64,000 bases of DNA, taken from assembly GCA_001724025.1 (NCBI GenBank), contig MEDJ01000019.1:94359-158358 (forward strand), in the 5' to 3' direction. How positions within the stretch are numbered: the stretch's first letter is position 1; every line of letters starts with the position of its first letter. The notes below the pieces were generated by a model that did not search any database, was not told the DNA's origin, and was given only the letters and a program-made list of their open reading frames with translations. This document shows positions 16,987 to 26,209 of the stretch, in pieces. A program made the position numbers and the translations under genes. The DNA is from Acidobacteria bacterium SCN 69-37 (GTDB taxonomy: Bacteria > Acidobacteriota > Vicinamibacteria > Vicinamibacterales > SCN-69-37).

Positions 16987-19900
16987 TTAGCCAACTCGCG
17001 CGACCTGCCATCGCGATTGCCCCAGACCCTTCTCGACTTCTATGCAGCCAGGCAAGCGTTCGGTCAGGTCACGGATATGCGTAATGATGCCGACCATCCT
17101 TCCGCCGCTCCTGAGCGATTCGATCGCGTCCGTGACGATTTCAAGCGCTTCAACGTCCAACGTGCCGAACCCTTCGTCGATGAAGAGGCTGTCGATTTGA
17201 ACGGCACCGGCCGTCCGCAGAATTTCTTCACTCAATTGCAGCGCCAGCGACAACGATGCCAAGAAGGTCTCACCTCCACTAAGGGTTTCGGCGCGTCGAC
17301 GCTCACCGCCGTTGTCGTGATCGATCGCGTAGAAGGCGCCGTCATCCCATTGCAGGGTGTAGCGGTTCGTCCATTCCTTCATCCGTACGGACGCACCGTC
17401 GACAAGGCCGCGGAAGGCCTCTTCGAGTAGATATCGCTGGAAGCCGTCATTCTTCAGGTCACGCGCCAACTGCTCCGAGAGCGCAGAACGACCCTCGAGC
17501 GCGGCCTTCTCCTTGCGGAGCGCGACCGCACGCTCGACCTGAACAACCAGCCGCTCCACGTCTTGGCGAGAGCGTGTAAGCGTCTCCAGCGTCGCGTGGT
17601 GTGACTGCGCTGCACGCTGCGCTTGCTGTCCTGCCTCGCGGTGGTCCTGCTCCGTGACATACCGTCCCGCGAGCGCGTTCTCCAATTCGAGCACCCGGAC
17701 CTCGACCTGGTGACGTTCCGTTTCGTAGCCTCGGATCGACGCATCGAGCCGTTGTTGGGCCTCAGCCGGCAGAACTGCAGCACGTGTCACAGTCGGATCC
17801 GCGAATCCGCTGTCAACAAGGGCCTTGGAGGCCTCCGCATTGGCGCGATCGGCCTCCGCTTGCCGCTCCGTCATTCTTTGTTCCGCGCCACGTTCGGTTG
17901 CAATCGCCCGCTCCAACGACCGCTTGGCCGCTTCCAGCGCTTCCTGAGCCTTGCGCTCGGACGTCTCAAGGTTGGCCACTTGTTTGACCAGTTGTTCCCG
18001 TTCGCCGGCAGGATCGGAGCTCTTCGTGACCCCCACTATTCGCGATGTGATCTGGGATCCCTCCTCCTCAAGTTGACTCAATCGGGAACGTAACTCCTCG
18101 GTGCGCGCGAGGAGGTGTTGAACAGCGGTGGCAGCTTGATCCTGCCGATGCCTGGCCTGTTGCCGCGCCAGATCCGCCCGGTTGATGCGCTCGCCAGCCG
18201 CCTCGAATTGCTGCTTCAACGCTGCACAACTGTCGCCCTCAGTCGAAATCGCTTCGAACACCTCGGCCGAGAGGATCACCGCGCGTTGAGAGGCTGCGAC
18301 AACGCCAGCCACCTTCTTGGAAGCCTTCGCGATCCCCTTCTCGATTTCCTGCAGGTCAGCCGTGCGCTCCTCCGCCACTTCACGGCGCTCCTTGGCCTGG
18401 GATACCGCGCCGGCCGCAGTCTCTCGGGATTGCTCGAGCGCACGATTCGCTTTCGATTCTGCGCGTTTCGCCTGTTCTACTGCATCTTCGCGGTCCTCGA
18501 GCTCGGGCGCCCGAAGTCGCCGCGGCAGCCGCTCGATAACGTGTTCACACACGGGACAAGGCTCACCTTGCTCCAGCGTCGGGCGAAGAGCCGCGGCATG
18601 ATTCGCGTTGCGCGCTTGTTGAAGTGCAGCTTCGGCCTTGATGACTTGCTCGTGCGCGCGATCGAATGCCACCTTGTGTTTCTCGACAGACGCGGCGGCG
18701 TCCTTCACGGCGAGTTCCGCCTCGGTCGCTTTGTTCGCTGCGACTGTTGCTTGTCGTTTCGCAGCCGTCAGCCGGTGATGGAACTCACGGCCTCGGATGG
18801 CGTCCGCAACAACCTCTTGAAGCGCACGGTACCTGTCGGCGTCATAACCGATAGTCTTTCTTGCCGTCCTCGCGTCAGCAAGTTCACGCTCGGCGGCGGT
18901 GCTTGTCGATTCGGCCTTTCGCTGCTCCGCCACCGCTGCTTTGTGGTCCTTCGTAACGGTGGCGATCGATGAGTTCGTCGACTGGGCTTCGTTAGCAACC
19001 TTCTTCTGCCGCTCGATTACCCCGCGGAGCTCATCGAGAGCTTGAATTCGCTTGCGAAGTCCGGCAATCGCTGTGAGTTCACGTTGCGCGTGTTCATGGG
19101 AGGTCGATTGGCGCCCTAAATCGGACTGAGCGGACTCTGTTTGGGTGTGTGCTTGGCGAAGCTCTCGCTGAGCGCCCGCGACCCGAGCGTTCGCATCGTC
19201 CAGCGTTTCAAGACGCGGAATCACCAATGCGGCCCGGCGCGCTCTATCGAGCCGGTCGCGATCTGCGGAGACTTGCTCGCGCTGCGAATCGAGTTGCTTG
19301 AGCCGAGCGCGGTTTGAAGCGAGTTCGGTCGACTGAACGAAGCGCGCTTGAATCTCCTGCAGCTGCTGTGCAGCCGTTTCCGAGGCGGTCTTCGCGAGCG
19401 CTTCTTGGCCGCTTGCCTCGTCGAACTTGCCGCGTGCCGCTTCGAGATTCTCGGAGGTCGAATCGGCATAGTCCTGATCGAGGCGTTCACGCATGAGCCG
19501 CAGTTGTTGTTGCTGCTGACGCGACTCCTGCTCGGCTTGCAGCCGCATTCGCTCATACACATCGAGCTTCAGCAGCTCGCGGAGAATCTTGCCGCGTTCG
19601 CCAGGATCACTGTGCAAGAACCTGTCGAATTCACCCTGAGGTAGAAGGACCGTTTGGATGAACGTCTCGTACTGCAAGCCAGTGAGGGCGGCGATCTGTT
19701 CGTCCGCGTCGCGAACCTTGTCGGCAAGCAGCCGTGTGTTGCCGTTCGTGATCTCTTCGAGAATCACGGAGGCCGCCTTTTTACGTCGCAGCGCACGGCC
19801 GACGCGGAATTGCCGATCACCGACGACGAATTCCAGCCGGACCGCCATGCGGTCTCGCCCTAGCGACACGGCGTCAGAGATACCTTGCTTCCCCAGGCGA

Positions 19901-20064
19901 GGCACGTACCCATAGAGCGCGAACGTGATCGCGTCGAGGATGCTCGACTTTCCGGCTCCGGTCGGGCCCGAGATCGCAAAGAGGGAGAGCGCGCCGAAGT
20001 CGAGTACATCCTGTGCGTCGCGAAAGCACGTGAACCCCTCGACGTAAAGGCTGCTGGGGCGCAT
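16987..20064 (-). CDS. sbcC: Rad50/SbcC-family ATPase with zinc hook
   Basis: N-terminal FAISGPTGAGKSS, a ~700-aa coiled coil with a central CPVCEH hook, and C-terminal LSGGETFLASLSLAL...LFIDEGFGTLD. Confidence 0.85.
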   Translation of the reverse strand: MRPSSLYVEGFTCFRDAQDVLDFGALSLFAISGPTGAGKSSILDAITFALYGYVPRLGKQGISDAVSLGRDRMAVRLEFVVGDRQFRVGRALRRKKAASVILEEITNGNTRLLADKVRDADEQIAALTGLQYETFIQTVLLPQGEFDRFLHSDPGERGKILRELLKLDVYERMRLQAEQESRQQQQQLRLMRERLDQDYADSTSENLEAARGKFDEASGQEALAKTASETAAQQLQEIQARFVQSTELASNRARLKQLDSQREQVSADRDRLDRARRAALVIPRLETLDDANARVAGAQRELRQAHTQTESAQSDLGRQSTSHEHAQRELTAIAGLRKRIQALDELRGVIERQKKVANEAQSTNSSIATVTKDHKAAVAEQRKAESTSTAAERELADARTARKTIGYDADRYRALQEVVADAIRGREFHHRLTAAKRQATVAANKATEAELAVKDAAASVEKHKVAFDRAHEQVIKAEAALQQARNANHAAALRPTLEQGEPCPVCEHVIERLPRRLRAPELEDREDAVEQAKRAESKANRALEQSRETAAGAVSQAKERREVAEERTADLQEIEKGIAKASKKVAGVVAASQRAVILSAEVFEAISTEGDSCAALKQQFEAAGERINRADLARQQARHRQDQAATAVQHLLARTEELRSRLSQLEEEGSQITSRIVGVTKSSDPAGEREQLVKQVANLETSERKAQEALEAAKRSLERAIATERGAEQRMTERQAEADRANAEASKALVDSGFADPTVTRAAVLPAEAQQRLDASIRGYETERHQVEVRVLELENALAGRYVTEQDHREAGQQAQRAAQSHHATLETLTRSRQDVERLVVQVERAVALRKEKAALEGRSALSEQLARDLKNDGFQRYLLEEAFRGLVDGASVRMKEWTNRYTLQWDDGAFYAIDHDNGGERRRAETLSGGETFLASLSLALQLSEEILRTAGAVQIDSLFIDEGFGTLDVEALEIVTDAIESLRSGGRMVGIITHIRDLTERLPGCIEVEKGLGQSRWQVARVG

Positions 20065-20066
20065 CG

Positions 20067-21224
20067 CTATTCCTTCACGACCAGGTCACGGAGGTCATCG
20101 AATGCGGTCAGGAGTTGCGCCTCTGCCTCGCGCCGGTGTTCCTTTCGGTGATATGCCGCGTAGAGCTCCCGAGGGGGAGCGCCGGGTGCTGGACGGTCAA
20201 TGTCCGGTGCCTGCTCGTCTCGTGGCAGGTCCGCGTTCACCACGACTGCATTTGGCAGCAGTTGGCGCACTTTGCGAGCAATATCCGGATCACGGGCGGG
20301 CAGTAGCACCTTTACACGGAGGTGACCACTCGACCGATGACGTTCAGCGTCCCTTTCAATCTCCTCCAGCGTCCCCGACACATCGTTCAGCGGCACGCCA
20401 CCCTGATAAGGAATCGCCTCGATTCGGACAGGCAGGTGCGATGCGGCCTCGAGCAGGAGAAACTGCTTGATCTCGCCCACCTCACCGAAGTCGAGCTGGA
20501 GTGGGGAACCTGCGTAGAACGTCGGCGCAGCTGCTTCGACTTTCTGGTGCCGGTGAATATGACCGAGGGCTACATACTGCGCCGTGGCTGGAATCGCCTG
20601 AGGCATCATTGCCCACTCCTCACCGATGTGGACCCTTCGTTCCGATCCCGCAAGAATCGCATTCGCCAAGTGTGTGTGCGCGACTATCAGCCTGATGGCG
20701 TCAGGTCGGAATCCTCCAGCGAGGTGCTCCAGAATGCGCTGCATGCCATCCGCGTACTCTTGAGCCGCAATGCTGGCATCGGCGGTCACGTCAATGGCCG
20801 ATACGAGTCGGCCGACTGATGCAAACGGAACGGCGGCAATCTGTGCACGTTCTCCACTAGACGACTCGATCTCGATCAGTCCTCCGTCTTCACGGCGCCG
20901 CGGCAGGCCCACCGATCGAACCCCCACCAACTCCGCCAATGTGCCCCAGGCCTCCATCCGGGCAGGGTGGTCGTGATTGCCCGCGATCACTACACTGTGT
21001 ACGCCAGACGATCCAATCCGGCGGAAGAAGCTGAACACCATCCGCTCGGCTTCAGCCGACGGTCCGGCGCTATCAAACACATCGCCGGACATCAACAGCA
21101 GATCTACGCGCTCGCGAACCAGGAAATCTGCAAGATTGTCGAGAACAGCACCAAGTTCGGGAAGCCGATTCACGCTCTTCCAGAGCCGGCCAGCATGCCA
21201 ATCGCTCGTATGAACAATCCGCAC
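20067..21224 (-). CDS. sbcD: Mre11/SbcD-family nuclease
   Basis: Calcineurin-like motifs VHTSDWHAG, SGDVFD, IAGNHD and GHIH. GTG start at 21224, 2 nt after the herA stop, preferred over the upstream ATG at 21299. Confidence 0.85.
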   Translation of the reverse strand: MRIVHTSDWHAGRLWKSVNRLPELGAVLDNLADFLVRERVDLLLMSGDVFDSAGPSAEAERMVFSFFRRIGSSGVHSVVIAGNHDHPARMEAWGTLAELVGVRSVGLPRRREDGGLIEIESSSGERAQIAAVPFASVGRLVSAIDVTADASIAAQEYADGMQRILEHLAGGFRPDAIRLIVAHTHLANAILAGSERRVHIGEEWAMMPQAIPATAQYVALGHIHRHQKVEAAAPTFYAGSPLQLDFGEVGEIKQFLLLEAASHLPVRIEAIPYQGGVPLNDVSGTLEEIERDAERHRSSGHLRVKVLLPARDPDIARKVRQLLPNAVVVNADLPRDEQAPDIDRPAPGAPPRELYAAYHRKEHRREAEAQLLTAFDDLRDLVVKE

Positions 21225-21226
21225 GG

Positions 21227-22951
21227 CTATCCCATCCTCTCGAACGGATCGTGCGCATCGACGGTTGCGGCGACCTCGCTTTTCCTGGTCGCCCAGCACG
21301 GAAACGGGAACCGCAACAGGATCGCCATCGGGATCTCCGGCTGCGACACAATCATCGAACCGGGTTGAAGCATCGCGGCCCGTTTGCGCCCGACCGTGGT
21401 GAGAAAGCCATACTCGCCCCGGTCCGCTTCGGCTGCGTCCAGTCTTCCCACTACCTTAATGGCGGCGTTCGCCACGATTCTGCGCTCGACCTCGCTCGCC
21501 GTCTGCTGGGCGCCCAGAAGAGACACGCCGAGCGAGCGGCCACGTTCCGCGATGTCAAGGAGCACATCTCGAATAGGGCTCCACCCTTCGCGTGGCGCGT
21601 ACTTGTTCAACTCGTCGAGCACGACGAACACAAGGGGCTTCGCGCCGCCCTGCTGTTCCTTCTGCTCCATCATTCGCTTGAGCAGTACGCCCACGACAAA
21701 CATCTGTGCCGTCGAGTGCAGGGTGTGAATGTCTACGACCGTCACCTGTTGCCCGCTCCAATCGATCTGTTTACCGCGAGCGGAGGAGTCACCACTCACA
21801 AGATGACCCATGTGCTCGGCCGCCGCGTGGAGGCGCCGCCTAAACGCGTCAAGCGTTCCGCCCGCGACTGGAGCGCCTGCCATCATCGCGTCTAGCGCCG
21901 GTGTGTCGAAGAGCTCCACCAGGTCATCAAAACTGCAGATCCTGGTACCGCTGAGCGTTATCGCGGCCTCGGTTTCGTCACCTTCACGCGAGGCTCGTTC
22001 GAGTTCTCGTTCCACCCGGGTGATTACGAAATGGAACTGGGCCCGAACGTCATGAGCGCCGGCGAACGCAAAGCGCAGGAACCGATTGCGAGCAAACTCA
22101 CGGATCGTCCAGACGTACGGGTTCACGCCGTTTTGTCGACTGCCAGTGTCCGGGACCGGCGTCGAGCTGCCTCGACGGGCGGGCGCGAAGAACGACACGC
22201 TCTGAAAGGGCCCTGACGGAAGTCCAAGCGCTTCATACTCAGTCTGGTCTTCCGGTCGCAGACGCACATTCGCCTTGTCGAGCCACAGGAGATCCTCGCC
22301 CTTGACGTTGAAGATCAAGGCCTTCGCATTCGCCGCATCGATCCCGAGCGCTCCTGAATGAAAGAGCGAGTAGATCAGGAACGTCGCATAGCTCGTCTTC
22401 GTCGCGACGCCGGACACTCCGCTAATAGAAGCGTGCGCACCCCGCGTGCCGTCCAAGAACTCCAAGTTCGCGAAGATCGATTCGCCGGCTCGGGTCAGTC
22501 CGATCGGCACCGTGTGCTCCATCTGATCGAAGTAGAGCGCCCGCCGAAACGCTTCACCACGAACAACCGCTACCGCGTCACCGGGGGCGGGTGGGACAAA
22601 GATTTCTGGGTCGACGCGAGTCACCTGTACGTGGGCCGCGTACGACACTTCCACCGGGAGCGTTCCAGCCGCGACTCTGAAGGCGTCGGTGTCGAACTGG
22701 TTGCCCTCGAATTTCTTCCGGACGATGTCAACGATTCCATAGAAGGAGACGCGCGTGCCGTCCGGGGTCACCGTTTCGACGACGATAAGGTCGTCGAGCT
22801 GGACCATCTGACCCTCACCAACACCGATCCAAAACTCGAGCGGGGTCGCATCCATTGAGCCAAGGACAAGACCGACTGGCTTGATTAGGCGTTCAGAACT
22901 GTCTACGCGGCCCGGTTGAGGCGACGGTACCGCAATTGAAGCATCAGGCAC
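21227..22951 (-). CDS. herA: HerA-like (DUF87/FtsK-HerA superfamily) ATPase
   Basis: N-terminal barrel-like VGLVLGSMDATPLEFWIGV, Walker B VFVVLDELNKYAP, and DIAERGRSLGVSLLGAQQTASEV. The P-loop is atypical (GVSGVATKTS). The GTG start at 22951 (overlapping the nurA stop) was chosen and is uncertain. Confidence 0.75.
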   Translation of the reverse strand: MPDASIAVPSPQPGRVDSSERLIKPVGLVLGSMDATPLEFWIGVGEGQMVQLDDLIVVETVTPDGTRVSFYGIVDIVRKKFEGNQFDTDAFRVAAGTLPVEVSYAAHVQVTRVDPEIFVPPAPGDAVAVVRGEAFRRALYFDQMEHTVPIGLTRAGESIFANLEFLDGTRGAHASISGVSGVATKTSYATFLIYSLFHSGALGIDAANAKALIFNVKGEDLLWLDKANVRLRPEDQTEYEALGLPSGPFQSVSFFAPARRGSSTPVPDTGSRQNGVNPYVWTIREFARNRFLRFAFAGAHDVRAQFHFVITRVERELERASREGDETEAAITLSGTRICSFDDLVELFDTPALDAMMAGAPVAGGTLDAFRRRLHAAAEHMGHLVSGDSSARGKQIDWSGQQVTVVDIHTLHSTAQMFVVGVLLKRMMEQKEQQGGAKPLVFVVLDELNKYAPREGWSPIRDVLLDIAERGRSLGVSLLGAQQTASEVERRIVANAAIKVVGRLDAAEADRGEYGFLTTVGRKRAAMLQPGSMIVSQPEIPMAILLRFPFPCWATRKSEVAATVDAHDPFERMG

Positions 22952-23927
22952 GAACGGTCTCCCGCAGAATAAGTTCGGCAAGACGACGTCGAATGACGCG
23001 CGGATCGCCGAGCTGATGACGAAGATGCATTTCGAGCGCACCGATAGGTAGCAGGTTCTGTGGAGCCCGCGGATCACGACCGCGATTTGGCACAAACCGT
23101 GGCAGGACAACCGTCACCGCATCCGCCAACGCGCGCGCGGTCTCGAAACCAACAACGTCGGCAATTTCGAGCCGCGCAAGACCGGTTAGATCCCCGTCGA
23201 TCGGGAGCCGCAATGCCAGGCGCACGAACCACGAGAATCGTCCGAATCGCGCGCCTCCTCGAATATGAAACACTGGGGAACGAGCGCCAAGCGGCAGGTT
23301 TGCCAGCGTTCGGAGTTGAACATTCCCTACGTAAATCTTGAAGAATCGCTTGACGAACCCAAGGGCCTGACCACGCGACGCCTCTCCAAACGTCAGGGGG
23401 CCATCTGCAACGACGAGAGTGGCTCCATCCGCCGCGCATGTGCGAGCCAGTAGCGCCTCCGCTGCCCGCATCGCTTCGAACACCACCAGCGGCGGACCAT
23501 CTGCGTCGTCACGAGGTGAGCTTGAAGGCTGGTAAGTCAGCGCTGCGCCGAGATCGAGCGGCCGAGGAAGACATTCGCCGCTACCGAGGACCGCAATGTG
23601 GCCGATTTCTTCTTGACCGCACGCTGCTCGCCCATCCGCAACCCGGACCGCTCCGACACCGTAGCTTCCGATTACGCCGTGAATCAGGCGGTCATCGCGG
23701 CGAACCAGAAGTCGTGCCTCTACCCGACGAACTCCATCTATAAAGACAATCGTCGCTGGGAGGTGGCCAGTCACCGGCAAGACTGGCGTCCACGCGTCGG
23801 ACTGCTGTTCAACTGAAAGATCAACTTCTTCCGCTGGCTCAAGAGAGCCTGCCTCGATTGACAATTCGCCGGAGTACTCCGCTTCCCAAGGGTCCAGGCG
23901 CACGTCAAAGGTTCCGAAGAGCCCCAT
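22944..23927 (-). CDS. nurA: NurA-like nuclease
   Basis: Acidic motifs IVFIDGVRR and LVVADGPLTF, and position immediately upstream of herA. Start ATG 23927 follows AAGGGAG. The call rests on weak motifs plus context. Confidence 0.6.
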   Translation of the reverse strand: MGLFGTFDVRLDPWEAEYSGELSIEAGSLEPAEEVDLSVEQQSDAWTPVLPVTGHLPATIVFIDGVRRVEARLLVRRDDRLIHGVIGSYGVGAVRVADGRAACGQEEIGHIAVLGSGECLPRPLDLGAALTYQPSSSPRDDADGPPLVVFEAMRAAEALLARTCAADGATLVVADGPLTFGEASRGQALGFVKRFFKIYVGNVQLRTLANLPLGARSPVFHIRGGARFGRFSWFVRLALRLPIDGDLTGLARLEIADVVGFETARALADAVTVVLPRFVPNRGRDPRAPQNLLPIGALEMHLRHQLGDPRVIRRRLAELILRETVRA

Positions 23928-23944
23928 CAACGCAACTCGCTCCC

Positions 23945-24214
23945 TTACGCAGCTGTTCCCACAATGCGAATTCCAGCGCGGACTTGCCCGGCGCGCCCGC
24001 CGAGATCCACGACGACATGCCAATGGCCAATCGAAGGCGGACGCATTTGGACAGGCGACTTCGTCGCCCACCCTCCGTAGTACGTGAAACGGCCACCGTT
24101 TCGATACGATGAGAATGCGAGATCATCCAGCAGCATGACATTCGCTTGACCATCGAGCGTTACGACGACGACGTTGTCGGGGCCACCATTGAAATCCGTG
24201 TGAAGAAAGTTCAT
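23945..24214 (-). CDS. DUF1883-like small protein
   Basis: 89 aa. Sequence ANVMLLDDLAFSSYRNGGRFTYYGGWATKSPVQMRPPSIGHWHVVVD matches my recollection of DUF1883. Its ATG overlaps the ImmA stop (ATGA). Confidence 0.55.
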   Translation of the reverse strand: MNFLHTDFNGGPDNVVVVTLDGQANVMLLDDLAFSSYRNGGRFTYYGGWATKSPVQMRPPSIGHWHVVVDLGGRAGQVRAGIRIVGTAA

Positions 24215-25137
24215 TCCTCACCTCCTTCGAACCCAGTGATCTGAATACGGCGATGCGGAATCACGACTCGAGTTTCGGTGACTCGTCGCTCCTCCACGAA
24301 GAGTGTCAGGAGATAGTGCTGATTGTTGAATGACCACGCACGCACTTCATGGCGATCACTCCTGGCATCAACCAAACCGAGACGAAATTCGGCAACCTTT
24401 CCGCCCTTCTTGTAGCTCGCATGGCTATCGACGGCCACACGAAGTGACTCGGCGGAACTGTCTGGAAACAGTCTGGAGAACCGTTCGGACGGAACGAAGT
24501 GGCGCCATCGATGTTCCTGGTCATCGGGTTGCTGCGCCCACAGCGGCGTGCTGACCAGCATCGCCATCGCCAGATCTGGCCCTTGTTCGACGTAACGCCT
24601 TAGCGTCGTAGTCAGGGATGCTCGGTAACGCTTCGCGAGTGACTTGACGGATTCGATCGTCGGCACCACATCCCGTGCGTCCTTTGTGAATCGGTCGCCG
24701 AGGAACAACAGCCGACCAGCCGCGTAGTTGGCCTCGGCCTCCAGATCCGCCTGATAGGCGGGATCGAGCGTCTGAGCGGTGTCCCCGAAGAAGAACGGTT
24801 TGTGCCATGGGAGCAGCCGATGCCCAGTCTCGTGGCATGAGGCCCACGGATGCTTGATTCTCGGTAACTCCTGATCGATACAGATGCGGTTCTCGTCAAA
24901 GAGAAGCACGGCTTGCAGACGGACCTTGTTGATGATGTCGACGAGTTTGTGGCCCTGGATGCGAAGCTTGTGTTTGGCGCGATCAAGAAAACCTGGATTG
25001 GCCAGGTCGTAGTAATCGCGATGGAGTTGAACGTGCTGGAGCAGCTGTTCCACGGAGAGCGGAGGCTCTGTGAGACCGGCGTCCCGCAGCGTCGCCGCAG
25101 CAATCCGTTCGATTTCCGCGCGTGTCGCTCGGTCCAT
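24211..25137 (-). CDS. ImmA/IrrE-family zinc metallopeptidase
   Basis: HExxH motif in WASCHETGHRLLPWH, with a downstream EANYAAGRLLF segment typical of the DUF955/ImmA fold. It follows an XRE gene. Confidence 0.8.
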   Translation of the reverse strand: MDRATRAEIERIAAATLRDAGLTEPPLSVEQLLQHVQLHRDYYDLANPGFLDRAKHKLRIQGHKLVDIINKVRLQAVLLFDENRICIDQELPRIKHPWASCHETGHRLLPWHKPFFFGDTAQTLDPAYQADLEAEANYAAGRLLFLGDRFTKDARDVVPTIESVKSLAKRYRASLTTTLRRYVEQGPDLAMAMLVSTPLWAQQPDDQEHRWRHFVPSERFSRLFPDSSAESLRVAVDSHASYKKGGKVAEFRLGLVDARSDRHEVRAWSFNNQHYLLTLFVEERRVTETRVVIPHRRIQITGFEGGEE

Positions 25138-25154
25138 AGCTACTCACTGCGCTG

Positions 25155-25820
25155 TTAGCGATCTGATCGAAGAAACCCAACAAACTCATCCAACACGCGC
25201 TGTTCTTCCTTCGTCAACTTTGAAAAGGAGTTTGACTGTGCCGCGAACCGTGCGGCGTGTTGTCGCAAGTCTTCTGGCACCTCACGGATGGCGCCGGCGA
25301 GAACTGCCAGCTTTCGGTCAGGCACCCCGAAGAACTCACTGAGGCGGTGCAGTGTCAACGGTGATGGACGATACGCGGGACTTCGCTCGAGAGCCACGAG
25401 CTCAGTGCGATCGATCTTGGTCTTCTCCGCAAGGTCATCGATCGACAATCCGCGAGACCGGCGAAGCATCTGGACGACGCGGTGAAATGCCTCGCGAATC
25501 TCCAATTCCTCGGGCTCGCGGGCGGTCATGACGACCGTGAGCTTCTGATTGAGCGCTGTCGCAATCCGTTCCAGCACCGAAAGAGACCGCCCCTCGTAGT
25601 CGGCGTCTTCGAGACGACTGATCACGGACTGCGTTGTCCCGATGAGTTCGGCTAGTTGCTGCTGTGAGAGGCCCGCTGCATTCCTCATCTCGTGAATCAA
25701 GCGGGCCACTTCAGCATTGACTCGTTCTTCTTGAAGCGCAGCCTTGCGCTCTGGATCATCCTTCACGTACCGACCGTGAAGGATCCTGACCGCATCCCGC
25801 GTCTTGTCCTTCTTGGTCAT
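25155..25820 (-). CDS. XRE-family regulator with two HTH modules
   Basis: HTH 1 is LSQQQLAELIGTTQSVISRLE and HTH 2 is LSIDDLAEKTKIDRTELVALE. It lies between the toxin-like gene and the ImmA gene. Confidence 0.8.
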   Translation of the reverse strand: MTKKDKTRDAVRILHGRYVKDDPERKAALQEERVNAEVARLIHEMRNAAGLSQQQLAELIGTTQSVISRLEDADYEGRSLSVLERIATALNQKLTVVMTAREPEELEIREAFHRVVQMLRRSRGLSIDDLAEKTKIDRTELVALERSPAYRPSPLTLHRLSEFFGVPDRKLAVLAGAIREVPEDLRQHAARFAAQSNSFSKLTKEEQRVLDEFVGFLRSDR

Positions 25821-25823
25821 CGT

Positions 25824-26186
25824 TCACTCCTCATAGGTATGTCGCTTGGGGTTTTGAATGAACCGAGTTCTGTTACCGACCGCGCGATCGATCTCAGCCG
25901 GCGGAACGACGTCCTCCTTGGTACATCCGTGGCTCAAGATCGCGCGACCTTCATGGAAGAAATAGAGAATCCGGTGATGCACGTTGCCATGTCGCACCCG
26001 CAGTTCATAGATGTCATCGCGCAAATAATCCGCTTCTGGACGTCTCAATTCGTGTCCGCGTTCCGCGAGCCGTTCGATGCGAACGGTACACTTGTCGCGA
26101 GCCTTGACTTGGAGAGCGTCCATCCACGCCAGTAGCGGCGATGAACCATCCTCGGCGGCAAAGATCACAACCTCCGTCTGGGGCAC
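25824..26186 (-). CDS. Gp49/HigB-like (RelE/ParE superfamily) toxin-like protein
   Basis: 120 aa. Sequence LRVRHGNVHHRILYFFHEGRAILSHGCTKE is typical of the phage Gp49 (DUF891) family. GTG start. Confidence 0.7.
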   Translation of the reverse strand: MPQTEVVIFAAEDGSSPLLAWMDALQVKARDKCTVRIERLAERGHELRRPEADYLRDDIYELRVRHGNVHHRILYFFHEGRAILSHGCTKEDVVPPAEIDRAVGNRTRFIQNPKRHTYEE

Positions 26187-26209
26187 TCGGGCATTCCTCG
26201 CTGCAAACT

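Noticed and set aside
21225-21299. Upstream ATG start for sbcD (21299), and the long N-terminal extensions of herA (23110) and nurA (24071) in the ORF track
   Set aside because: These extensions overlap the preceding gene by 70-160 nt and encode Cys/Arg-rich junk. Internal starts next to the upstream stop codons, with RBS-like purine tracts, give proteins that begin at the conserved N-terminal motifs.
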